A DNA stretch of 23,111 nt, taken from NCBI GenBank assembly GCA_013416795.1, contig RQSC01000020.1, positions 273,188 to 296,298 on the forward strand. The letters are read 5' to 3'. The translations under genes were made by a program, and so were the position numbers. The notes beneath the pieces are model-generated. The model saw only the letters and a list, made by a program, of their open reading frames with translations. It made no database searches and had not been told where the DNA came from. Each line of letters begins with the position of its first letter. The first letter of the stretch is position 1. The DNA is from Prasinococcaceae sp. CCMP 1430 (taxonomy: Eukaryota > Plantae > Prasinodermophyta). Positions 10,624-21,304 of the stretch are shown piece after piece.

Positions 10624-11529
10624 AACAGCCGCCGTGCGCGAGTGCTACGGGCCACACACGCACGCGCGCGCGCTGGTCGCGTGCGGCCCGGGCAACAACG
10701 GAGGCGATGGACTCGTCGCAGCGCGCCACCTGAAGCACTTCGGATACGACGTGGAGGTGCGGAGTGTGCGCGCGTGTGTGCATTCAGTCTTGCACGTGTG
10801 GGTGCGCGCGCACGCTCGCGCGCCGCGCCTCGTCGTCCATGCGCAGATGAGGCGCCCTGACGTGATACACACACACATGCGCACACACTCACACACGCAC
10901 GCACGCACGCATGTAGGTTTGCTACCCCAAACGCCCCGCCCACGCGCACTACGCGCGCCTGGTCGTCCAGCTGGAGTCCCTCGGCGTGCCATTCGTCGAC
11001 GCCGACGCGCTGCTCGCGGAGGGCGCATGTGCGTGCTCTCTGCACCCACGCGTGCGCTCACGCGCGCGCATGCGCTCGGGCGTGACCTCTGACACACGCA
11101 CACACACTCGTGCGTACACACACACGCATACACACGGCACACCGCACGCACACACACACGTGCACAAATCTACTCACACACATGGCACACGCACGTGCAC
11201 ACGCGCAAACGCGCGCGCACACGCACACAATCATGCACGCGCGTGGCACGCACGCGAACACACGCACACGCGTGCACACAGCGCCGCTCGCCGCTCGCTA
11301 CGACGTGTGCGTGGACGCGCTCTTCGGCTTCTCCTTCCGCGGCGCGCCGCGGCCGCCCTTCGACGCGCTGCTCGCGGCGCTCGCGCCGGGCAGCCACCCG
11401 CCGCCGCTCGTCGCCGTCGACGTGCCGTCGGGGTGGGAGGTCGACGGTGGGGACGACAGCGTGAGCGGCGCGACAGCGAGACAGCGTCGGAGCGCGTGCG
11501 CGAGTGCGTGTGCTCTCGAGCGGCCCGCT

Positions 11530-11573
<44 letters not shown>

Positions 11574-11582
11574 ACACACACA

Positions 11583-11644
<62 letters not shown>

Positions 11645-11884
11645 GTGCCCGCGCGCTTGCTCTCGCAGTCGGCGGTGGCCGGCGACGCGGCGATGGGCGG
11701 CGCGTCGGGCCTTCGCCCGGACGTCCTCGTGAGCCTCACCGCGCCCAAGCCGTGCTCCGCGCGCTTCGCCGGCGCGCACCACTTCCTCGGCGGGCGCTTC
11801 GTGCCTCCGGGCATCGTGGAGAGGTACGGCCTCGAGGTGCCCGAGTACGAGGGCGCAGCGCAGATCGTCAGGCTCGGGCCGTGA
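10357..11884 (+). CDS. NAXE: NAD(P)H-hydrate epimerase (YjeF_N / APOA1BP), 5 exons: 10357-10489, 10629-10756, 10917-11028, 11282-11460, 11669-11884; 255 aa
   Basis: [84 protein letters not shown]. All four introns are GT-AG with matching phases (1,0,1,0). Confidence 0.94.
10572..10619. repeat. (CA)n microsatellite between the branch-like CTGAC and the 3' splice site of NAXE intron 1
   Basis: ggctgac at ~10555-10561, then (CA)~24, then aacaaacag|. Confidence 0.92.
11531..11640. repeat. Inverted microsatellite (AC)~27 / (TG)~27, potential hairpin, NAXE intron 4
   Basis: AC arm 11531-11585 directly abuts TG arm 11587-11640. Confidence 0.9.
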
Positions 11885-11888
11885 ACAA

Positions 11889-11894
11889 AATAAA
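11889..11894 (+). terminator. Candidate polyadenylation signal AATAAA of NAXE
   Basis: AATAAA 4 nt after the stop codon, in an otherwise very GC-rich context. Confidence 0.4.
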
Positions 11895-11947
11895 GGCCAA
11901 CGCTCGTGCGTGTATCTGTCGCGTGTGTGTGTGTATCTGTCCAGTCC

Positions 11948-12694
11948 TTACGCGCCCGCGGGCGCCTCGCTCGCGCCGCCACCCCCGCCCGCCGCTTCCC
12001 CGCCCGCCGCCGCGTCGAAGCTCTCCGCCTCGGCGCGCAGCTCCGCGCCCAGCCGGTTGAGCAGCGCCGGCGGATCCCACAGGACGTCCTCCTCCTCCAG
12101 CTGCTCGGCGGGCACCAGGCAGCCCGTCAGCGCGCCGAGGTCGAGCTCACCCAGCGCGCCGTCGGTGTCGGCGCCAAGGCCGGGCAGGGCCGCACGGAGG
12201 CCACCGCGGGCTGTGTGTGTGTGTGTGTGTGTGTGTGAGCATGTGCGTGTGTGTGTGTGCGCACATGTGCGTTTGCGTGTGTGTGTGCGTGTGTGTGTGT
12301 GTGTGTGTGTGCACGCGCGCGCATGCGTGCGTTTGTGTGTGCGTGCGTTCGTCAGAATCCGCGTCAGGACGGCACGCGCACGCACACGCAAACACACAAA
12401 CACACGCGCACGCACCCGCGTCGTCGTCGAGCTCCCCCAGCGGTTTAACGCGGCGGTCGGCGGCGAGGCGCGGCGCGGCAGCCACTGCTCGCGCGAGCTC
12501 CTCCTCGCCCTGCGCCTCGAGCTCGGGGATCTCCTGGATGTCCTGCGCCGCCTCCTGCGCGAGCGAACACACACACGCACACGCGTGCACGCGCGCGTGT
12601 GGTCGCGCGTGTTCGCGCGCGTGTGGACGCGCGAGCGCGCGGGCGTGTCAGTGTGAGGGCAAGGCCGCGTGACACACACACGCACACACCCTCC

Positions 12695-12757
<63 letters not shown>

Positions 12758-12945
12758 GGAGAGGGCGGCGCGCATCCCCCAGCCACGCGCGCGCGCCCCG
12801 CACACACACCTCCTCGTAGTGCTTGTTTCGCGCGGGCCCCTTCGCGGCGGCCGCGGCCTCGCGCTCCGCGGCGCTCGCGGAGAGCGCCGACTCGTAGCCC
12901 TCGACCTGCCGCCGGCCGGGACGAGCGGTGCTGCCGCCGTGGCGA

Positions 12946-13003
<58 letters not shown>

Positions 13004-13214
13004 GAGGGTGGGGGCGTGTGTGTTTGCTCGTGTGTGAGAACCGACGCGAGTGTGCATACGCACGCGCACACGGGCGCGCGCATACGCGCGCGCGCGCACC
13101 TGCACCGGCGCGAGCGCCTCCGCGGCAGTCGCCGTCGCCGCGCCGCCTAACGGCGCCCCGCCCGGCGGCGCCGCGTCCTCGTCGTCCGAGTCGTCGAAGT
13201 CGGCCGCGATGCCC
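11948..13214 (-). CDS. IFT43: Intraflagellar transport protein 43 (IFT-A), 5'-partial; exons 13214-13100, 12905-12810, 12554-12416, 12210-11948
   Basis: DIQEIPELEAQGEEELARAVAAAPRL...RVKPLGELDDD and LDLGALTGCLVPAEQLEEEDVLWDPPALLNRLGAEL match the two conserved IFT43 blocks. Splice phases 0, 0 and 1 are compatible. The start is probably in or next to the gap. Confidence 0.85.
12700..12762. repeat. Compound (CA)n(GA)n microsatellite, intronic
   Basis: Directly visible. Confidence 0.9.
12947..13000. repeat. (TG)n microsatellite, intronic
   Basis: Directly visible. Confidence 0.92.
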
Positions 13215-13417
13215 CTGGGTGGCAGGACGGAGTGCACACAGCCGTGTGTTCGCGGGCGGTGTGTGTGTGTGTTTGTGTGCGCGCGAGTGTGTAAGTGCGT
13301 GTGCGCGTGTGCGTAGAAGGGGGCGAGCGTGTGTGTGTATGCGTGTGTGAGTTTGCAGTCAAAGACGTCAGCGTCAAGGCAAATGCTCGTGCTTGCGCTC
13401 ATACACGCACGCACGTA

Positions 13418-13418
13418 T

Positions 13419-13449
<31 letters not shown>

Positions 13450-13454
13450 CACGC

Positions 13455-13512
<58 letters not shown>
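13418..13512. repeat. (CA)n microsatellite running into the assembly gap
   Basis: Directly visible. Confidence 0.92.
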
Positions 13513-13984
13513 NNNNNNNNNNNNNNNNNNNNNNNNNNNNNNNNNNNNNNNNNNNNNNNNNNNNNNNNNNNNNNNNNNNNNNNNNNNNNNNNNNNNNNNN
13601 NNNNNNNNNNNNNNNNNNNNNNNNNNNNNNNNNNNNNNNNNNNNNNNNNNNNNNNNNNNNNNNNNNNNNNNNNNNNNNNNNNNNNNNNNNNNNNNNNNNN
13701 NNNNNNNNNNNNNNNNNNNNNNNNNNNNNNNNNNNNNNNNNNNNNNNNNNNNNNNNNNNNNNNNNNNNNNNNNNNNNNNNNNNNNNNNNNNNNNNNNNNN
13801 NNNNNNNNNNNNNNNNNNNNNNNNNNNNNNNNNNNNNNNNNNNNNNNNNNNNNNNNNNNNNNNNNNNNNNNNNNNNNNNNNNNNNNNNNNNNNNNNNNNN
13901 NNNNNNNNNNNNNNNNNNNNNNNNNNNNNNNNNNNNNNNNNNNNNNNNNNNNNNNNNNNNNNNNNNNNNNNNNNNNNNNNNNNN
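13513..13984. other. Assembly gap (472 N); should hold the 5' ends of IFT43 and the SDR and their shared promoter
   Basis: Run of N; both flanking genes lack start codons. Confidence 0.95.
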
Positions 13985-14672
13985 CGCCGGCGAGCTCGGC
14001 GCGCCGGCGGCGCGCTACGTGCACCCCGACGGCGTCGACGCGACGCTCGCCGACGGCGGCGCGAGCCTCAAGGCGGCGGTTGAGGCAGCGGTGCGCGCGG
14101 GCGACGGAAGGCTCGGCGGGCTGGCGTACTGCGTCGGCTCGATCAACCTGAAGCCGCTGCGGCGCGCGGCCATCGCCGACCACATGGAGACGTACGCCGT
14201 GAACGTGGTGGGCGCAGCCGAGGCGCTGCGGCACGCGCACAAGGCGCTCGCCAAGGAGAGCGACGCGCGCAGGGCGGCCGCCGAGGCGGAAGGGGCGGCG
14301 CCTCCGTTCGCGCCGCCCGGCGTGGTATTCTTCTCGAGCGTCGCAGCGCGCGCTGGCCTGCCCAACCACACCATCATCTCGGCGGCCAAGGCCGGCGTCG
14401 AGGGCCTCGCCGTCGCTGCCGCGGCCGAGCTGGCGCCCAAGGTGCGCGTGAATGCGGTGGCGCCCTCGCTGAGCGCGTCGGCGATGGCCGCGCCCATGCT
14501 TTCCAACGAGGCCGTCGCGCAGGGCGTCGCCGCCGCGCACCCGCTCAGGCGCACGGGCCTGCCCACCGACCTCGCCGCAGCGGCCGACTACCTGCTCGGC
14601 GATGGCGCCGGCTGGGTCACCGGGCAGGTGCTGGCCGTGGACGGCGGGCGCGGCTCCATCGCGGGCAAGTAG
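13985..14672 (+). CDS. Short-chain dehydrogenase/reductase, atypical (no catalytic Tyr), 5'-partial
   Basis: LAYCVGSINLKP, VVFFSSVAA, NHTIISAAKAGVEGL, VRVNAVAPSL, HPLRRTG.P.D, WVTGQVLAVDGG. The Rossmann Gly-rich motif falls in the gap. Confidence 0.9.
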
Positions 14673-14788
14673 CAGGTAGCAAGCACGCCGCGTAGAGCCG
14701 CCGGTGCGCGCGCGCCGCTCGAGATCTATAACGCTCACACACACCGCTTACGTGCCGCGTCACACGCAGCGAGCGCGACATGTCTCGA

Positions 14789-15451
14789 TTAGTACGAGCC
14801 GCGAGACCGCGACGCGGCCGCCGCCCAATAACGGACGAGTGCGCCGCATGCGACGCAGATCCCGGTGCCGACCCATACCACCACCGAGGCTACAAAGGCG
14901 CCCGCCATAGCAAAATAGAGGCTCAGGCCGATGGACTGGAAGGCGTTGCGTACCTCGGCAACCTCGAGCGACTTGCTAGACATGAAGCCCTGGCCCAAGG
15001 ACTGGAAGACGCCGCGTGCTTGGCCGGCGCCGACGCCCGGCGACCCTGCACCGGCGTGCGCCGACGGCGACGCCACCGCCGCCCCCGCGATCATCGACAA
15101 CACCGCAAGCTCCCCCAGCGTGCCGCTGAGAGAGAGTAATCCGAAGACGGCGTACATGCCCGTGACGTGCTTGCTGCCCTTGCCCAGCGCCTCCTTCCCA
15201 CAGGAGTACGCCAGCATGCCGCAGAAGTACAGGTGGGGGACAATGAAATGCGACGGCGTCAACACCAGCAAGAGCCACAGAACACGAATGATGAACCGGA
15301 CCAGGAGTGCCCTTGCAAATCCCGGGCTGCGCCAGGGTGCCCGCGGCGCACGGCTCGTCCGCGCCGGCGCCGTCTCCTCTCCCTCCTCCTTCTCGCCTCC
15401 CTCCTCTGCCCTTTTTTTCGCGGCGCCAGGCGCGCCGGTGCCATCATCCAT
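14789..15451 (-). CDS. Unrecognised membrane protein, 220 aa, short paralogue of the upstream repeat protein
   Basis: Contains YSCGKEALGKGSKHVTGMYAVFGLL and FVASVVVWVGTGI, both homologous to the repeat of 16096-18102. ATG at 15451. Confidence 0.75.
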   Translation of the reverse strand: MDDGTGAPGAAKKRAEEGGEKEEGEETAPARTSRAPRAPWRSPGFARALLVRFIIRVLWLLLVLTPSHFIVPHLYFCGMLAYSCGKEALGKGSKHVTGMYAVFGLLSLSGTLGELAVLSMIAGAAVASPSAHAGAGSPGVGAGQARGVFQSLGQGFMSSKSLEVAEVRNAFQSIGLSLYFAMAGAFVASVVVWVGTGICVACGALVRYWAAAASRSRGSY

Positions 15452-16095
15452 CGCGAACGCGCGGGTGCGCAAGAGCGCTCGCCTGCCAAAACGCGCGTGC
15501 GACCCCTGCGCGAGCTGGGGGGCGCGCGGAGCGCCGCCCGCGCGCTCTGTGGCTGGCGACGCGGCGCGTGCCCCGCGACGTGCACGTGCCCGCACAAATT
15601 GCCTCTGTCCGCAGACAGAGCATTTATTTGACAGCTCTTTTTATCCGAGCGCAGTGCGGGAACACTCGCGCGTGCGCAGCGACCAGCACTGCGACGAGCG
15701 GCTCGCGAACGGAGTGCGCGCGCTTGCGATGCGCGGCCACGCGTGATCAGGGTCGCCGTGCCTGCGGTTAACGTGCGCGCCGCGGCGCTCCTGGCGCTCA
15801 GGGTCGCATTCCTTCGCTTGCGTCGAGTTGCATGTCTCGTCTCTGACTTTGCAAACATACTTAAATATTCCGCTCGAGTGAGGCACCTTCAGGTGCTTAA
15901 TGTCTTCTTCAAGTCGTCGGTAGGCGCGTGCGCGCAGGCGCATGCGCAAGCGCACGCGCACGCGCGTGCGTGAGTGCTACTTGTCAATGTGCTCCTCTCG
16001 AAACTCCCAAGAGACACGGCGGTGAGCAGCACCGTCGGCCTCCGTTGGCGTCGCAAGGCAATGTTTCGGCGGCCGCACGCCCGGGCCGCCAGCGT

Positions 16096-18102
16096 TCAAT
16101 GGGCGCGACCGCTCACAAGGAGGTAGATGCCAGTGCCAGCCCACACCACCAGCGCAGCCAGAAAGACGCCGGCCGTAGACTTGAGCAGAGTCGAGGCCAG
16201 GGCACCAAAGAGGCCGCGTGCCTTCGCGGCGACGCCCTGGGGCTCTGGCTGCGACTTTTCGCCGGTAGGCTTTGACACCGGGGGTGCAATCGCTCGATTG
16301 AATTGAATCGTCGCCTCTGCCACCACGTACGCGACCAGGTACACTACTGCAAACACTCCCATCACAATGCTGAGCGCCAGTAGTGCGTACACCGCGTATA
16401 TGCCTTGGACGTGCTCACCGCCCTGGCCTACCGCATCGTTTGCGCAGTAGCTGAATGCGACGTAGATGCCTGTGCCGAGCCACACCACCAGAGTGGCCAG
16501 AAAGATGCAAGCCGTAACCAAGAGCAAGAGGAAGCCAAAAACGCGAAGTAAAAGGAAGAAAGCGGACGCCGTCTTCGCAACGTCAGTGATGACCTTAGAC
16601 CATTGCTTTTCCGCGGCATACGCCTTCAGCGCGTCTGCTATCAGTTGGGCGACGGCGTCTGTGACTACGTACGCAAGCGCAAGCCACGCCAGTGGCAAGC
16701 CAAGCGTCAACAGTGCGTAGACTGCGTACATTGCCTTCACGTGCTCACCACCCTGGCCCAATGCCTCTTTCGCGCAATAATGGAATCCGAAGTAGGCCCC
16801 TGTGCCGGCCCACACCACCAGAGCAGCCAAAAAGACGCAAGCAGTAGACAGGAACAGAGGCGGGCCCAAAGACACGAAGCAGTAGGCCGCTCTCTCGGCG
16901 ACGCCTTTAGGCCGCCACCTTCGGCTGGTATCGGTATACGCCGGCAGGTTGAATGCTGCCGGGGGCGAGACCGTGAACACGACGAAGTACGCAAGCGCAA
17001 GCCACGCCAGTGGCAAGCCAAGCGCCAACAGTGCGTAGACTGCGTACATACTCTTCACGTGCTCACCACCTCTACCCCATGCCTCTTTCGCGCAGTATTC
17101 GAATCCGAGGTAGGCCCCTGTGCCGGTCCAAACCATAAAAGCAGCCAGAAAGACGCCAGCTAGAGAAATGAACAAAGGCGGGGCCAAGGCAAAGAAGGAG
17201 TGGCGCGCCCTGTCCGCGACGCCCCCAGGCAGACACTTTGCATGTTCACCCAGCTCGGCCCAACCCTGCTCCAACAGCCCACAGCTCACACACAGCTGCA
17301 AAGCTCCCAAGACGACAAACAAAACAATAATGTAAGCAAGCGCAAGTCCTCCCAGCACGCAGCCGAGCGTCAACAATGCGTACACAGCGTACATTCCTTT
17401 CACATGCTCGTCCCCCTTCCCTAGTGTCTCCTGTGCGCAGTAGACGAGTGCGAGGTAGATGCCGGTAAAGGCCCACACCACGTACCCTACCGGGAAAAGG
17501 CCGAGTAAAATCGCAAAAATAAAAAGGACCAGCCTGCCGGCCCTGTCCAAAACTTGAGGAAAGCCCTGCCTGGTGGCCATGTCCAGAGGTCCAGGTTTGT
17601 TGTTGGCCGCTGGTGACTTCAAGGAGCCATCATTGTCCTGCGACTTTGCACCGGCACATACCATCAGTGACATGGTCGCTAAGCCCACTACATAGACCAG
17701 TCCTGCGATCAGAGAGAGCCCGATTCCTACCAACAGAGTCCACAAGGCGACGGCGACGAGTGCGAACCCCACGCGCGTGCCCATGACGTGCTCGTGTTCA
17801 TCGTCGACAGCCTGCCTTGTTGCATCTTTTGCCGCCATGAGAAACTCGAAAGATAAAAGGACTGCAAAGAAAATCACGAAGACAGCCCCAGCGACGACTT
17901 GAATCAATTCCGCCATGCTCCCCATGCTCTTCTGGCGGTCGGCCGAAGACGCCCGCGCCTGCACCGCCGCCTCCTTCAAGCTCTTCGCACCCGCCACAGC
18001 CCGCGTCTTCACGCCAGGCGCGCCTTCCACGATCACCGTCACCTGCGACTCAAGCTCCGAGTCGCCCCCCTCCTTCACGGCCCCCGACTTTCCGTCCTTC
18101 AT
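16096..18102 (-). CDS. Unrecognised multi-pass membrane protein with ~110-aa internal repeats (~668 aa; may splice at 16116 to a mini-exon 16003-15977)
   Basis: Long ORF with many hydrophobic segments. The motif VVW.GTG.Y..F.YCA.EA.G.G.EHV..MYAVYALL recurs four times clearly, with synonymous third-position variation between copies. First ATG is 18102 (the ORF track start 18111 is TTG). Confidence 0.85.
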   Translation of the reverse strand: MKDGKSGAVKEGGDSELESQVTVIVEGAPGVKTRAVAGAKSLKEAAVQARASSADRQKSMGSMAELIQVVAGAVFVIFFAVLLSFEFLMAAKDATRQAVDDEHEHVMGTRVGFALVAVALWTLLVGIGLSLIAGLVYVVGLATMSLMVCAGAKSQDNDGSLKSPAANNKPGPLDMATRQGFPQVLDRAGRLVLFIFAILLGLFPVGYVVWAFTGIYLALVYCAQETLGKGDEHVKGMYAVYALLTLGCVLGGLALAYIIVLFVVLGALQLCVSCGLLEQGWAELGEHAKCLPGGVADRARHSFFALAPPLFISLAGVFLAAFMVWTGTGAYLGFEYCAKEAWGRGGEHVKSMYAVYALLALGLPLAWLALAYFVVFTVSPPAAFNLPAYTDTSRRWRPKGVAERAAYCFVSLGPPLFLSTACVFLAALVVWAGTGAYFGFHYCAKEALGQGGEHVKAMYAVYALLTLGLPLAWLALAYVVTDAVAQLIADALKAYAAEKQWSKVITDVAKTASAFFLLLRVFGFLLLLVTACIFLATLVVWLGTGIYVAFSYCANDAVGQGGEHVQGIYAVYALLALSIVMGVFAVVYLVAYVVAEATIQFNRAIAPPVSKPTGEKSQPEPQGVAAKARGLFGALASTLLKSTAGVFLAALVVWAGTGIYLLVSGRAH
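16661..17160. repeat. Recent internal duplication within the membrane gene: ~16670-16840 vs ~16988-17158 (318-nt offset)
   Basis: Long identical stretches, e.g. acgcaagcgcaagccacgccagtggcaagccaagcg and cagtgcgtagactgcgtaca, occur in both copies. Confidence 0.85.
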
Positions 18103-18785
18103 GGCGCCCAAGGCTGAGACAGCCTGAGGGCACTACCACCAGCCAGCGCGTGACACGCGCCGCTCGCGTCCTCCGTGCGTGCACCTCCCCGCGCAAAATG
18201 TGACCGCCGCGGCGCTGTGGCCTGCGCGCTCGCTCGCCCTGACGGCGGGCCCGCGCTCGGCAGGCGCAAGCGCGCCCCGGGCGAGTGCGCGCTGTGGCCC
18301 GCACCGGGCGCGGCGCGGCGGTGCGCGCGCCTTTTTTTGCGCGCGCCGGCAAAATGCCTGCAAGAAAGAATGCCTTCGCAGGCACGCGAAGTGCCGCGTG
18401 TGATCTCATGTTCAGTGCGGGCAGCTCTTCTTCTTTGTGCTGTTGTTGCCAAAAGCGTGAGCTCTCGCGCCGGCGCGTGCCAGTGCCAGCGCGGGGCCGG
18501 CACCGCAGCCAGCGCACCGGCAGCGTCTGCATGCGCCTTGCAGGAGGCCCGCGCGCGGCGCGGCGCGCCACCCCTCTCTTCCCCCGCGCCCACGGCGCCT
18601 CGCCGCCCGCGTGCACGCTCGCGGGGTGCCGCAGCAGGAGGGGTGCCAGCGCTCACCGGATGTACAACAACATGAGCGCGTCGCTGGTTACAACGGGCTT
18701 GCAAATTTGCAGCCTCTCTCCTACACGCCCCCCCCCGCGTAGAGTACAAGCACGCAGCTGTCTGTGCCGCACGCGCGGCGCGCCA

Positions 18786-21036
<2,251 letters not shown>

Positions 21037-21245
21037 CTATGCGCACGCTCTGTGTGCGCGCGCGTACGTGCGCACGTGCGCGCGCGCGCGCGCACGCCTG
21101 CGCACGCCGATGCGGCGGACAAGGCGCGGCGCGCGCGCGCTGTGTGCGCCTGCACCCCCCTCCTCCCCCTCTGCACTACCCCGCCCTGCCGCGCGCGCCA
21201 ACCCGCACCAGTGCGCCGTTCGAAACGCAAATTGTGCGAGTGCGC

Positions 21246-21250
<5 letters not shown>

Positions 21251-21301
<51 letters not shown>
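21251..21301. repeat. (GT)n microsatellite
   Basis: Directly visible. Confidence 0.92.

Positions 21302-21304
<3 letters not shown>

Noticed and set aside
8044-13510. Many long ORFs full of HTHTHT, VCVCVC and ARAR runs
   Set aside because: These are translations of intronic CA/GT microsatellites. The real exons are short, GC3-biased islands between them.
15641-15961. 106-aa minus-strand ORF (RLEEDIKHLKVPH...) between the membrane genes
   Set aside because: No ATG start, no motif and no repeat similarity; its composition resembles the 3'UTRs of other genes here.
16380-17500. Regularly spaced ~320-345-nt DNA repeats as a CRISPR-like array or mobile element
   Set aside because: The repeats are in-frame coding units with synonymous divergence; no terminal repeats, transposase or spacer structure.
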